Counted from the first letter of the stretch, positions 1 to 9,959 are shown. The stretch: DNA of 38,398 nt from Promethearchaeati archaeon (GCA_013166835.1 JABLTI010000047.1:1-38398); one strand, 5' to 3'. Notes: generated from the letters alone by a model not told the origin. Numbers and translations are program-made.

Positions 1-87
1 GAAGTTGAGGAAGAATTGATTAAAATCATTAAAAGTATGAGAGGAGTTAAAGGTAAGAAACCCAAAATTACGATAATAACAGAATGA
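1..87 (+). CDS. 3' end of a CDS entering from the left (…EVEEELIKIIKSMRGVKGKKPKITIITE*), possibly an Lrp/AsnC-type ligand-binding domain
   Basis: Frame 1 is open from base 1 to TGA at 85-87; the product guess rests on a weak resemblance only. Confidence 0.4.
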   Translation, partial: EVEEELIKIIKSMRGVKGKKPKITIITE

Positions 88-111
88 AATCGTATGTGAG
101 GTAAAATAATT

Positions 112-822
112 ATGTACACAGCTTTTATTGTAGGAACAGCAGGATCAGGAAAAAGCTTTCTGACATCAACCTTAGTTGATTATTTGAGATTAAACGAGAT
201 AAACGTTAATACATTGAATATGGATCCAGGAGTTCTGAGACTGCCTTATGCACCCGATATTGATGTGAGAGCTTACATTGATATTAATGAACTTATGAAT
301 GAATTTGAACTCGGACCGAATGGAGGATTAGTTGCTGCTGTTGATTTAATTACTTCACAATCTGAAGGCATTCTTGAGGAAATTAGTGATGGATCGCCGG
401 ACGTTCTTTTGGTTGACACTCCTGGTCAAATGGAATTATTTGCTTTTCGATCGACAGGTATAATTTTTGCCAATCAAATAGGTGGGAATAGACGTGTTCT
501 TGTAAATTTGATGGATGCAAATCTTTCTCAATTAAATATAATATCTAAAAGTGATTTAATAGAAAATGAACAGCTAGAAGAAGTACAAGATTGGATTGAA
601 GATTCTTTTAAATTTGAGGATGCAATAAACAGTTATGTAACTGGTGAGAGAAGAGAAATGTCAACAAAAATGTTGCAATTAGTTAATGAAATGCAAATGC
701 TCCCAGAAACTTTTCCAGTAAGTGCAAAAACAAACATGAATATCGACACTCTTTATGGTAAAATGCAATTTATTTGGCAGGGTGGAGAAGACTTCCAGGT
801 AGATGATCGTGTTATTCGTTAA
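112..822 (+). CDS. GPN-loop GTPase (appears to lack about 23 internal residues)
   Basis: GTAGSGKS P-loop, NMDPG, LGPNGG (GPN loop), DTPGQ, SKSD (G4), VSAK (G5); GAGGT SD-like sequence upstream. Confidence 0.92.
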   Translation: MYTAFIVGTAGSGKSFLTSTLVDYLRLNEINVNTLNMDPGVLRLPYAPDIDVRAYIDINELMNEFELGPNGGLVAAVDLITSQSEGILEEISDGSPDVLLVDTPGQMELFAFRSTGIIFANQIGGNRRVLVNLMDANLSQLNIISKSDLIENEQLEEVQDWIEDSFKFEDAINSYVTGERREMSTKMLQLVNEMQMLPETFPVSAKTNMNIDTLYGKMQFIWQGGEDFQVDDRVIR

Positions 823-837
823 ATGCTTGTTAAGAAC

Positions 838-1704
838 TTAGTTCATAACCTCAACAGAAAGATTATCATTAGTTTCTTTCAAGATTTTACTAATTTCTTG
901 TACATGACCATAACCTAAAACTACGACAACATTGTTGTATTTCGTAATTACTTTGAGTATTTGTTTTGACATGAAGATATTTCGATCTTCTAATAGGATA
1001 GAATATAATTGAGGAAAGTTTTGATTAAAAACAGATAATATTGACTCGAGTGATTCTTGATCTTTAAAAATCTCTATCACTTCATTTAGATTAATTTCTT
1101 CCTCATCTTCAAGCTCATTAAAATTCTTTAGTGGTTCGCTTAGTGGCAAATCATCTTGATTTAATGGTTTAGCGACTATTTTTTTGTCGTACATGAGTTC
1201 GTCAATAAGTTGTTGGAATTTTGCAGCTTCCTCTCCAGACACTTCTTCCTCGAGAACTTTACTTATGTCTTGAATGGATCGATCAATGAGAAATATTGCA
1301 GCACCTATTTTTTTTGCTAATTTATAGGCAATTAGCATTTCCCTACCAGGTTGATCAGTATGTGTCAGACGTGCTAGTTCACTCTCAAAAAAACCAATAT
1401 CCTCTAAAACTGTTGCGAAATCTTGTTCATAATTGAATGTTGTTTTTTCTTCTTCATCTTCTTCTTTTGCTACAGACACATCATTAGTATCCTTAGTAGT
1501 TTCGTGTTTAGCAGATAATTCAGTAGTTTCATTTTCCAGTAGCGCTTTTAATCGATATTCATCTAATTCCAAACAAACTGCATCAGGTTTAACTTTTTCA
1601 AGAATTCTGGATACTTTTTCTTGACTTTCAGAATCAATATGTGTTATGCCAATTATAGTTACTTTTGCCAAGATATGAACACTTTCCAGAATAATTCTAA
1701 TCAT
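838..1704 (-). CDS. TraB/PrgY/GumN-family protein
   Basis: IIGITH…KPDAVCLELDEYR, PGREM, LIDRSI, DRN…VVVVLGYGHV; the real start may be TTG at 1671. Confidence 0.8.
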   Translation of the reverse strand: MIRIILESVHILAKVTIIGITHIDSESQEKVSRILEKVKPDAVCLELDEYRLKALLENETTELSAKHETTKDTNDVSVAKEEDEEEKTTFNYEQDFATVLEDIGFFESELARLTHTDQPGREMLIAYKLAKKIGAAIFLIDRSIQDISKVLEEEVSGEEAAKFQQLIDELMYDKKIVAKPLNQDDLPLSEPLKNFNELEDEEEINLNEVIEIFKDQESLESILSVFNQNFPQLYSILLEDRNIFMSKQILKVITKYNNVVVVLGYGHVQEISKILKETNDNLSVEVMN

Positions 1705-2908
1705 AACTAATTGATGCGGGGAGGTTTTTTAATTGATGTGTCCATTTCAAGACTGATTTCAATATATGTTTTATGTTAATTTTACTTTCATTTGATTTTA
1801 TTCTTTCAACAAAGGATATGAATAGTAACAGAGAGATTTGTCTTGGAACTGTAGAGGAATAATTAAGAACAAATTCATCTTTGCCCAACCTATTCACAAT
1901 AATTGTGGTAACCCATTGAGAGATATTACCAAGTAATCTTAATCCATCTTCTGTAAAAATAATGCTAACACCGTTTTCTTCGATAATCATTGGACTTAAG
2001 CTACCAAAAATCATTTTCTCGAAATCTTCAAGAATGTAATTTAAATCATCGGAATTAATTTTTGAGATATCATTTTTAGCTCCATAAATCTCACTAAAAC
2101 CTAAGATCGCAGATATGAATGGTCTAGAGCTACAATTGAGATGTTTCTTTAAAGCTTCAAATGAATCAGGAAGTTCATTTTCCCATTGTGCATATGCAGT
2201 TTCACTAAGATGATCATGGGTAGACTGGTCAAATATCATTTTAGGGATTTTACGCCAAATTTTCTCATCATCTACTGAGTAGAGTTCCTTTAGGATTTTA
2301 ATCTTGATAGTTTCGAGCTTGAATATAAGAAATCGTATAATGTCATAACTCCGATCAATATCATCAGGATTTACCCTTATGTATTGATGAGCACGACCAA
2401 TTGCGATTAGACGAGAAATCAATAATATTGCAGCTCTCATCTCAATCTCAATTCTATTTATGTGTTTATTTGATAGTTTTTGATCAGAAAGAAATGTTGT
2501 TAGTCTAGTAATTTTATTATCTAAATTATTCTTTGTTTTCATATCGCTTGAAATTCTTAGAAGTTCAGATAGTTTCCCAGAAATTTTTTCACTTTGTGGT
2601 AAACCCAAGTTTATTGACTCAAATTTAATGAAATCTTGAACCAAATCTCTTGATATAAGATATTTCAATAGTGAATATGCTTCTTGAACGTCTAGCTCCT
2701 CAATTATTTCATGCTTATTGCCTTTAGCTACAGATGCTGAGAACAGCATTAATACTTGAGGAAGACCAAGTTTCTTCACAACGTCATTAGTACTCACTTT
2801 TGAAAATTCATTGAGTAGTTTTTCCAATTCCTTTCTTGCGTCTTTTGAGTATTGTTTTGTTGCCACTTCAGCAATATCATCAAAAGTGCTATCAATCATT
2901 TTAATCAC
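1697..2908 (-). CDS. Hypothetical helical protein with four roughly 100-aa repeats resembling AAA+ (MCM-type) lid or histone-fold units
   Basis: 403-aa ORF; repeated C-terminal pattern A-x4-6-I/V-xx-D/H-I/V; SSRPFISAILGFSE and VPRQISLLL resemble sensor-2 helices; no P-loop. Confidence 0.55.
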   Translation of the reverse strand: MIKMIDSTFDDIAEVATKQYSKDARKELEKLLNEFSKVSTNDVVKKLGLPQVLMLFSASVAKGNKHEIIEELDVQEAYSLLKYLISRDLVQDFIKFESINLGLPQSEKISGKLSELLRISSDMKTKNNLDNKITRLTTFLSDQKLSNKHINRIEIEMRAAILLISRLIAIGRAHQYIRVNPDDIDRSYDIIRFLIFKLETIKIKILKELYSVDDEKIWRKIPKMIFDQSTHDHLSETAYAQWENELPDSFEALKKHLNCSSRPFISAILGFSEIYGAKNDISKINSDDLNYILEDFEKMIFGSLSPMIIEENGVSIIFTEDGLRLLGNISQWVTTIIVNRLGKDEFVLNYSSTVPRQISLLLFISFVERIKSNESKINIKHILKSVLKWTHQLKNLPASISYD

Positions 2909-3006
2909 AACTCAACTTGCATAACTTAATTTGCTTCTAGTTCTTTCAAATTCTCTAGTCTTTGTAATACCTACTCTTTTTAATAAACTATTTTATTATC
3001 TAGACT

Positions 3007-3027
3007 ATAGGATTTTGAAAATCCTAT
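3007..3027. promoter_or_regulatory. Perfect 21-bp palindrome in a divergent intergenic region; candidate operator
   Basis: ATAGGATTTT-G-AAAATCCTAT, just upstream of the TATA-like GGTTAAAAAG at about 3039-3048. Confidence 0.4.
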
Positions 3028-3109
3028 GTTACCTAAAAGGTTAAAAAGTAGAACCCATCGCTTGCTCTTAGAAATCAAAAACAACAATAACTATACAGGA
3101 AGCAAAAAA

Positions 3110-3763
3110 ATGGTTTATCATACAAATGGTAACAACGTAGAGAAAAAAGTTTTAGACATAATTCTAGATCACACAAGAGTTGTGCTTAATGGAACAGAAA
3201 CATTAACAAAAATAGTTGATTGTTGGAAAACAACTGGTCGAGATAAATTTAACAAATATATTAAGGATCTAGATTCTTTGGAATCAAAAGCAAATTCCCT
3301 AAAAAACAGTGCGATGAAGGAAATTACTGATGCAGGACCAGCATTATTATTCAGACAAGAATTAATACAAATAATTAGATCTACAGATCAGATTATTGAT
3401 CTTGGTCAAGGGGCTGCTTTTTTCTTACAACAACTAGATAATGAATGGGTTCCTCCAACAAATTTCGTTAAGAATTTATTAGCACTAATCGAGAAAACCC
3501 GTATTGTATCAAAATCATTGACTGATTTACTAAGAGCACTTTTCCAAAGCTTGGATAAAGTGATTGAAATCTCTGAATCTATTGAAATTATGGAAAACAA
3601 AGCAGATGCAAATTACCGTGCGTTAATCATTGAACTTGCTAATATGGATGCACAAAAAGGAGTTAATTTGTTCATAAGAGAAGCTGTTGATAGAATTGAA
3701 GATATGGTAGATTCAGCTAGAGATGTTGCATCATATATTCGTATTTATGCTATGTCTCGATGA
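3110..3763 (+). CDS. DUF47 / PhoU-like phosphate transport regulator
   Basis: Duplicated helical halves LESKANSLK…RQELIQIIRSTDQIID and MENKADANYR…DRIEDMVD; start moved to ATG 3110. Confidence 0.8.
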   Translation: MVYHTNGNNVEKKVLDIILDHTRVVLNGTETLTKIVDCWKTTGRDKFNKYIKDLDSLESKANSLKNSAMKEITDAGPALLFRQELIQIIRSTDQIIDLGQGAAFFLQQLDNEWVPPTNFVKNLLALIEKTRIVSKSLTDLLRALFQSLDKVIEISESIEIMENKADANYRALIIELANMDAQKGVNLFIREAVDRIEDMVDSARDVASYIRIYAMSR

Positions 3764-3889
3764 AGCGAAAATTTCAATTCTTTTTTCCTTTATTTTATCA
3801 TTCTGTAAAAGAAATTATATTAATCTAGGAGGTATAATTTCTTCAAGAATAAATGTAAATGAATATCATAGAAGTCTCAGGTTTGAAAT

Positions 3890-4483
3890 TTGATGATCCC
3901 AAAAAAGAAAAAGCAAAACAAATCTAAAAAGAAAGCTGCTGTTTCTGCTGAATTAATTAAAAGTAGAGTTATGATTTGGGATCATGAACAAGGCTCTAAA
4001 ATCTATAATTCTGGTTTTTTTGGCAAACCACTTGGTATCAGAAAACCAAAGGGTGATAATTTCGATCGTCCTTTAGAATTGACATTAATAGAAGCTTGCT
4101 TTTTACTTGAGCATGAAAGAATTATAGTCTATTATCAAGGTAGCAAGGAAGAAGTCCCACTCAGTAAATTACAGAAAAAAGGCAAAGATAACATAAAGCT
4201 GTTCGATGAAAAAATGTTAATCTACAAGGATATTAGAAAAAGAGGTATGATTCCTCGACCAGGACTAAAATTTGGAGCAGACTTTGCAGTTTACCAGAAG
4301 GGACCGGGTTTGGATCATTCACCTTATGTTATTACTTCAATACCTCGAGGTGTTGAACTTAGTGCTATGGAATTAGTTCGTGCTGGAAGATTAGCTACTT
4401 CGGTTCGCAAAAAATTCGTTATTGCTTCTATTCAGAAATCAAATCAGATTCGATATTATGGTTTTGTATGGTTTAAACCTTAG
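3890..4483 (+). CDS. endA: tRNA-splicing endonuclease, catalytic subunit
   Basis: FFGKPLG…LELTLIEA, GLKFGADFAVY…GPGLDHSPY, RAGRLATSVRKK; catalytic Y/H/K present. Confidence 0.95.
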   Translation: MMIPKKKKQNKSKKKAAVSAELIKSRVMIWDHEQGSKIYNSGFFGKPLGIRKPKGDNFDRPLELTLIEACFLLEHERIIVYYQGSKEEVPLSKLQKKGKDNIKLFDEKMLIYKDIRKRGMIPRPGLKFGADFAVYQKGPGLDHSPYVITSIPRGVELSAMELVRAGRLATSVRKKFVIASIQKSNQIRYYGFVWFKP

Positions 4484-4515
4484 AAAATTTAACAGATGTT
4501 TGAGAAGTTTTTGTA

Positions 4516-5502
4516 ATGTCTAAAACTGATAATAATGCGTCCTCGGTTATTTCACCACAAATAAAAGAACGCTTATTGAAACAAGGGTATCAGTTATATG
4601 GAAAACAAATCGCTGTAAAAAAATGCTTGTGGACTCATAATTATCTTAAGGAAGACAGATTCTGTTACAAATCAGCCTATGGTATACAAAGTCATAGATG
4701 TATTCAAGCAACTCCAACTCTGTTGTGCAATCACCAATGTTTGTTTTGTTGGCGATTACAAGAAAAAGACATAGGATTGAAACCGATTTGGGATGTCGAT
4801 GAATCTGAATTCGATTCACCGGAAGAAGTCTATAAGGGATTGAAATGGGGTTGGAAAAGATGCATCTCAGGTTACAAACCAGTTGTTTCAAAAGAGAAAT
4901 TCGACAAAGCATCAAATCCTAAACATGTAGCATTAAGTCTTGCAGGAGAGCCTACATTATATCCATTTCTTACAGATTTACTAAAATTACTTGAGAGTAA
5001 AGGATTATCTACTTTTCTTGTTTCTAATGGAACAAATCCTGAAGCTTTTCAAAAGATGATTGATACAAAAATATCTCCTACCCAATTATACATCACAATT
5101 CCTGCACCAAATAAGGTAGAATACATTAAGACTTGTAAACCGTTAATAAGTGATGGATGGCAACGCATCAATAAAAGTCTAGAAGTTATGGCTAAAATGA
5201 ATAGTAGAACAGTTGCAAGATTAACTATGGCAAAGAAAATCAACATGATTAATCCTAAAGAATATGTTCCTTTGATTAAGAAAGCAAACCCATCTTTTGT
5301 TGAAGTCAAAGGTTTTGTTCCGGTAGGATTTTCTCAATATCGGGTAACTCGAGCAAATATGCCTTTTATTGAAGATATTCAAGCGTTCACAAATCAGATT
5401 ATTGAGGAGCTCCCTGACTATCAGCAAGTCTTTGCAATGGAAGAGAGCAAAGTAGTTATCTTGTCTAATAACAAGCATCCTCTAAAAATACCAAATCTGT
5501 AA
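4516..5502 (+). CDS. taw1: 4-demethylwyosine synthase (radical SAM, Tyw1/Taw1)
   Basis: VKKCLWT…CYK…YGIQSHRCIQ, CNHQCLFC (CxxxCxxC), HVALSLAGEPTLYP, FVEVKG. Confidence 0.95.
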   Translation: MSKTDNNASSVISPQIKERLLKQGYQLYGKQIAVKKCLWTHNYLKEDRFCYKSAYGIQSHRCIQATPTLLCNHQCLFCWRLQEKDIGLKPIWDVDESEFDSPEEVYKGLKWGWKRCISGYKPVVSKEKFDKASNPKHVALSLAGEPTLYPFLTDLLKLLESKGLSTFLVSNGTNPEAFQKMIDTKISPTQLYITIPAPNKVEYIKTCKPLISDGWQRINKSLEVMAKMNSRTVARLTMAKKINMINPKEYVPLIKKANPSFVEVKGFVPVGFSQYRVTRANMPFIEDIQAFTNQIIEELPDYQQVFAMEESKVVILSNNKHPLKIPNL

Positions 5503-5503
5503 T

Positions 5504-7129
5504 TCATTTTAGATTTTTCTTTATAGTTTTGATTGCTTGTTCTGTTCCGATAGTCTGAATATATGGGCCTAATTTGGGACCTCGATCTGTGTTCAAAAGA
5601 ATTTGATACAACAACTTGAAGAATTCTCCAGGTTTGATTTTAAATTCCCTTGCTATCTCGAAAATTTTACTTTGGATATCATCTGCTTCTACTAAATCTT
5701 TTATTTCTTTTATCAAGCTCTTGAGAGATGCTTTTTGTTTTTCATCTAATTCTATAGTGATATCTTCTAGCTGGGCAAAATCCTTCACCCAATTAGCTGC
5801 ATATCGAACTCTATCTTCAACATCCTTGAATGTGGCACCATCTCTGAGATAACCATATTCTATTAATCTGGTTTCAATGAATTCTTCAAATGCACTTTCT
5901 GGAGCAACAGATATCAGGTTTACAAGCAATGAATAAGGAATCTGTATTGATCTTTTTTCGGGTTGCTTAAGATGCCAACAATACTCATAGAGTCCATTCA
6001 TCTTTCGCTTTCGAGCAGCATTACCCTCTTTTATTCGACCAAAGTAGATATTTTCTAAATAATCCAGTTCTTTCATATAAACTGGGATATCATCAACTGC
6101 TAAGGTTCTACTCCCAGCCATTCGTTTGTAAGTAAGAAGAGCTAAAGATTGAGGTGAACCATAATTAAACCAAGTTTGTGGAGTAAACACATTTCCAGTA
6201 GATTTTGATATCTTAGATCCTCCTTTATCCAAGAACATTTCATAGCGAGCATGAGTAGGAGGTTCATAATCAAAGATTTCTTTGCAAACCTGATCATTGC
6301 AAGTAACAGATTCAAAGATATCCTTTCCAAATGCTTCAAAGTCTATTTGGAGTAAATCCCATCTCGCAGCAAATTCTACTTTCCAGGTAAGTTTGCCTTC
6401 TCCTTTGACAATATTAGCCCATCCATGATAACCACATCCATCGTGCATCTTACCACGGATTTCATCTCCTTCACAAACATATTCTACTTTACCTTTCTTG
6501 TCATCATAGCTAATTGCTTTAGTTGTGTATATTTTCCCGCATTGTTTGCAAATCGCATTATAAGGAAGTACTTTAGTGTACTTCTCTTGTCCAGTTGTTT
6601 CTTCTATGATTTCCCCTGCACGTTTTGCCTGAGCTAATAGCTTCTTGACTTGTGGAGCCATTTTACCTGATGTATATAATTCGTTTGCAGATGTAGGCGT
6701 ACATATTATTCCTGCTTGTTTAATTGATTCAATAAGTAAAGAAGACATATGTTGACCATAGCTGTCATGACAACCCCAAGGATCAGGAATCATAGATACA
6801 GGTTTGCCAAGATGCTCTTTTAATTCTGGAGGAATTCCAGCTGGAACTTTACGAAGACCATCCATATCATCTGCAAAAGCTATATACTCTGATTTTCTAT
6901 CTAAGTCTTCAATTGCTAATTTGAATCCAAAAGCTCGTGAAGCGTCAGCAAAAGAACCAATATGAGGGAATCCTGATGCACCGAGTCCACTTTCAGTTCT
7001 AATTACTTCTGGATGCTTTCCTTTTAGATTATCTTTACGTTCTAGCACACTGAGAGCTAATTTATCAATCCAGGTTCCACGACCGATAATTTCCTCTGAG
7101 TCATCACCAAGGTCAAATTCTTGTGTCAA
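5504..7129 (-). CDS. lysS: Class I lysyl-tRNA synthetase
   Basis: SGFPHIGS (HIGH), KISKS (KMSKS), DDMDGLRKVP, GKLTWKVE, RGPKLG; TTG start. Confidence 0.96.
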   Translation of the reverse strand: MTQEFDLGDDSEEIIGRGTWIDKLALSVLERKDNLKGKHPEVIRTESGLGASGFPHIGSFADASRAFGFKLAIEDLDRKSEYIAFADDMDGLRKVPAGIPPELKEHLGKPVSMIPDPWGCHDSYGQHMSSLLIESIKQAGIICTPTSANELYTSGKMAPQVKKLLAQAKRAGEIIEETTGQEKYTKVLPYNAICKQCGKIYTTKAISYDDKKGKVEYVCEGDEIRGKMHDGCGYHGWANIVKGEGKLTWKVEFAARWDLLQIDFEAFGKDIFESVTCNDQVCKEIFDYEPPTHARYEMFLDKGGSKISKSTGNVFTPQTWFNYGSPQSLALLTYKRMAGSRTLAVDDIPVYMKELDYLENIYFGRIKEGNAARKRKMNGLYEYCWHLKQPEKRSIQIPYSLLVNLISVAPESAFEEFIETRLIEYGYLRDGATFKDVEDRVRYAANWVKDFAQLEDITIELDEKQKASLKSLIKEIKDLVEADDIQSKIFEIAREFKIKPGEFFKLLYQILLNTDRGPKLGPYIQTIGTEQAIKTIKKNLK

Positions 7130-7223
7130 ATTCTTCGCCTACAAACATCATTATGCATTATATTAATCCAAAAACCAGTTATTTATATTAATTGCCCTAC
7201 AAATCGATTAATAGAAAAATTTA

Positions 7224-7247
7224 CTGAATAGCTATTAAGCTATTCAG
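7224..7247. terminator. Inverted repeat downstream of dppC
   Basis: CTGAATAGCT-ATTA-AGCTATTCAG, 10-bp perfect stem, T-rich beyond it on the minus strand. Confidence 0.5.
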
Positions 7248-7257
7248 CTTTTTTAGA

Positions 7258-8301
7258 TTATCCAGCTGCTTGCTTCGGATCTATAGCGTCTAATAATGCA
7301 TCTCCCATGAGATTGAATCCCAGTATTGTTATGAAAATCATAAGTGCGGGCCATGTAGGCATCCACCAATAAGTCAGAAGATTGTCTCGGTGGTATGCTA
7401 AATCATCACCCCAAGTAACTGCAGTAGCATCTCCTAAACCGAAGAATGCTAAAGCAGCTATTTGGATTATTGTGTTAGCTATTCCAAGAGTTGTAATAAC
7501 TATCACCGGTGAAAGTGAATTTGGGATTATGTGTCTAAATATAATTCGTGCATCTTTCGCCCCGAGAGCTCGTTCTGCTTCGATAAATTCAGTTTGCTTG
7601 AGAGATAAGATTTTAGCTCTTACTATAAGACTCGTGCCTCCCCAGCCTATCAAAGCAAAGATAACAATGACAACCATATACAATCCACCAGGAATACTAC
7701 TTGCGATGTCTCGAAAGATAGCAACAACGAAAATGAATAATATGAAACCAGGCATTGCACTGATAACTTCATTTAATCTTTGAACTATGTCGTCGAAGAA
7801 TCCACCAAAATACCCAGATACAGCACCAATAATCATTCCTAAAACACTTGTAGTTATTTGTCCTACAATTCCTAAAATTAAAGACAATGATGAACCGAAA
7901 AAGGTTCGAGAAAGTATATCAAACCCTCGAGTATCAGTACCAAATGGATAATTAGCACTTGGCGCTAATGTTTGATCACCTGGAATGATATATCTTGGGT
8001 GGGCTATTAAGCGAATGTATTTTTCTGTTCCTGGAATCCAAATCTCGACATAATAATTGAGAATGTCGTAGGGATCATTTGTGGGATTATTCAAACCAAA
8101 TAATGCATCATATTGAAGAATTATGAAAGCAATCAGAGCCGTGACAATTAATGCCACTACTATATAGAAACCTATCATGCCCATTTGTGATTTCTTCATT
8201 CTTCTCATTACAATTGCCCAAAGATTAGATCCTTCGACAAGTTTGATTTCATCTAGTATTCTTGCTTCTCTTTCTGTTATTGCTTCACTAAGTATTGTCA
8301 A
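7258..8301 (-). CDS. dppC: Peptide/nickel ABC transporter permease, DppC/OppC type
   Basis: FGTDTRGFDILSR, EAA loop EFIEAERALGA…IIFRHIIPN, GDALLDAIDP. Confidence 0.92.
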   Translation of the reverse strand: MTILSEAITEREARILDEIKLVEGSNLWAIVMRRMKKSQMGMIGFYIVVALIVTALIAFIILQYDALFGLNNPTNDPYDILNYYVEIWIPGTEKYIRLIAHPRYIIPGDQTLAPSANYPFGTDTRGFDILSRTFFGSSLSLILGIVGQITTSVLGMIIGAVSGYFGGFFDDIVQRLNEVISAMPGFILFIFVVAIFRDIASSIPGGLYMVVIVIFALIGWGGTSLIVRAKILSLKQTEFIEAERALGAKDARIIFRHIIPNSLSPVIVITTLGIANTIIQIAALAFFGLGDATAVTWGDDLAYHRDNLLTYWWMPTWPALMIFITILGFNLMGDALLDAIDPKQAAG

Positions 8302-8314
8302 ATTTTTCCACCTC

Positions 8315-9361
8315 TTAGTATCTTATCCTTGGATCAACTAGAGCATAGCTCAAATCAATTAGTAACCTGAATGCAAGAAACATTCCACCAAAAACAAAGT
8401 TCGTAGCCATCATCATAGGCTGATCTCTTTGTAATGCACTCGTTAGAAATACTGTTCCAAGTCCAGGCCAGCCAAAAACACCCTCAACCATTACGGATCC
8501 ACCTAACAATCCGGGTAAAGCTAAACCTACGACTGTAATAATTGGCAGCATGGCATTCCTAAATGCATGTTTATAGATTACTCTTCGCTCTGACAATCCT
8601 TTAGCTCTTGCTGTTGTGATGTAGTCTTGTCGCAGTATATCTAGTAATTGAGACCTTGTTAATCGTGAGAGAAATACAAGAGCTGTTAATACTAAGGTTA
8701 CCGTTGGCAATATTAGAAACAAATAAAATCTTGGATTCATAATAAATGGTTCTGTAAAAGCATCACCTGTGGTTGCTCCAGTAAAATCGAATAAATAGAA
8801 AGCAGTCAACATGACCAGTTTTGCTAACCAAAAGACTGGCATTGAAAAACCAATTAACGATGCAAGGGTTACTCCTTTATCCCAAAGGGAATATTGTCTC
8901 GTTGCTTGAACAACACCAATTATAGTTGCTAGAATTGTACTAATGACAAAAGCAGGGGTTGTAAGAAATAGAGTATACCACAATCTTCCAACAATTATAT
9001 CCGATATTGGTTTTCCAACATTACCTGACATGGTGTAAAACCAAGAACTCCCAAGATTGCCTTGTAATATACCACTTCGAACTCCATATTGATCTTTTAG
9101 CAATCCTAACCATCGAAAGTATCTAACAAACATACTAACTGGTTCACCATTCTCATCAAGAACTCCAATTTCAAAACCAACTTGATTATAGACTTCTTCG
9201 TATTCCGGTTGTTCTCCAATCCATAGACCTAGTCGTATCTGTACTGGATCGCCTGGAGAAGCAGCAATAAGTGCGAAACTAATTATCGAAATCCCAAGAA
9301 GTGTTGGGAAAATGTATAATAACCGTCTTAATGCATAGCTCCTTAATGATATTTTGATCAC
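8315..9361 (-). CDS. dppB: Peptide/nickel ABC transporter permease, DppB/OppB type
   Basis: PGDPV, QGNLGSS, DYITTARAKGL…KHAFRNA, VEGVFGWPGLG, LVDPRI. Confidence 0.93.
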   Translation of the reverse strand: MIKISLRSYALRRLLYIFPTLLGISIISFALIAASPGDPVQIRLGLWIGEQPEYEEVYNQVGFEIGVLDENGEPVSMFVRYFRWLGLLKDQYGVRSGILQGNLGSSWFYTMSGNVGKPISDIIVGRLWYTLFLTTPAFVISTILATIIGVVQATRQYSLWDKGVTLASLIGFSMPVFWLAKLVMLTAFYLFDFTGATTGDAFTEPFIMNPRFYLFLILPTVTLVLTALVFLSRLTRSQLLDILRQDYITTARAKGLSERRVIYKHAFRNAMLPIITVVGLALPGLLGGSVMVEGVFGWPGLGTVFLTSALQRDQPMMMATNFVFGGMFLAFRLLIDLSYALVDPRIRY

Positions 9362-9611
9362 CTTACTGATTTTTTATTTTTTCTTTTCGTTAACCAACAA
9401 TGATATATCGTTCAGATAGTATATTGTATGTACTATATATAGTTTAAACGATATATAATCTTTTGTAAATGTACAATAATACAAAAAAATCAAAGAAAAA
9501 CATGAAAAAGAGATTGGAAGTGAAATCAAAAATAAGGTTTAGAGGGAAAATTTACACACTACGTTTATATTCAAAAAAACATTAAAGATTTTACAAATAG
9601 GTGACACTAAA

Positions 9612-9959
9612 TTGACGAATATAATTCTAAGATTTTTGTGGGCAATATTTATTGGTTCATGGTTAACACCCATATGGTATTTCTTTGGCTTCATTTTCAC
9701 TGCTTTGATTATTACTGCACCAATAGGTATTTGGTTCTTTGATCGTATTGGCTATGTTTTCTCACTTTATGAAGATCCACATAAGGGAAAACTGACCTTG
9801 TCACGAACTGTTGGAGGATTACTTTGGTTCTACTTTTTTGGTTGGTGGTTAGGTTTCTTAGTTGTAGCATTAGCTGAAGTTTGTTTAGGCACAATAATCG
9901 GATTTCCATTAGGTTGGTGGTTAATCAATCGTTTAGATAAAATCGTAGTTCTTGCCTAA
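9612..9959 (+). CDS. Small membrane protein with two YccF-like halves
   Basis: LWAIFIGSWL…LIITAPIG and LLWFYFFGWWLG…TIIGFPLG; GGTGA SD + TTG. Confidence 0.7.
   Translation: MTNIILRFLWAIFIGSWLTPIWYFFGFIFTALIITAPIGIWFFDRIGYVFSLYEDPHKGKLTLSRTVGGLLWFYFFGWWLGFLVVALAEVCLGTIIGFPLGWWLINRLDKIVVLA

Noticed and set aside
3026-3109. N-terminal extension of the DUF47 ORF
   Set aside because: Overlaps the palindrome and promoter-like sequence; ATG 3110 is more plausible
9430-9445. GTACTATATATAGTTT matches the NrdR-box core
   Set aside because: No partner box at plus or minus 31 bp, the neighbouring genes are unrelated to dNTP synthesis, and it is better explained as the TATA box of dppB
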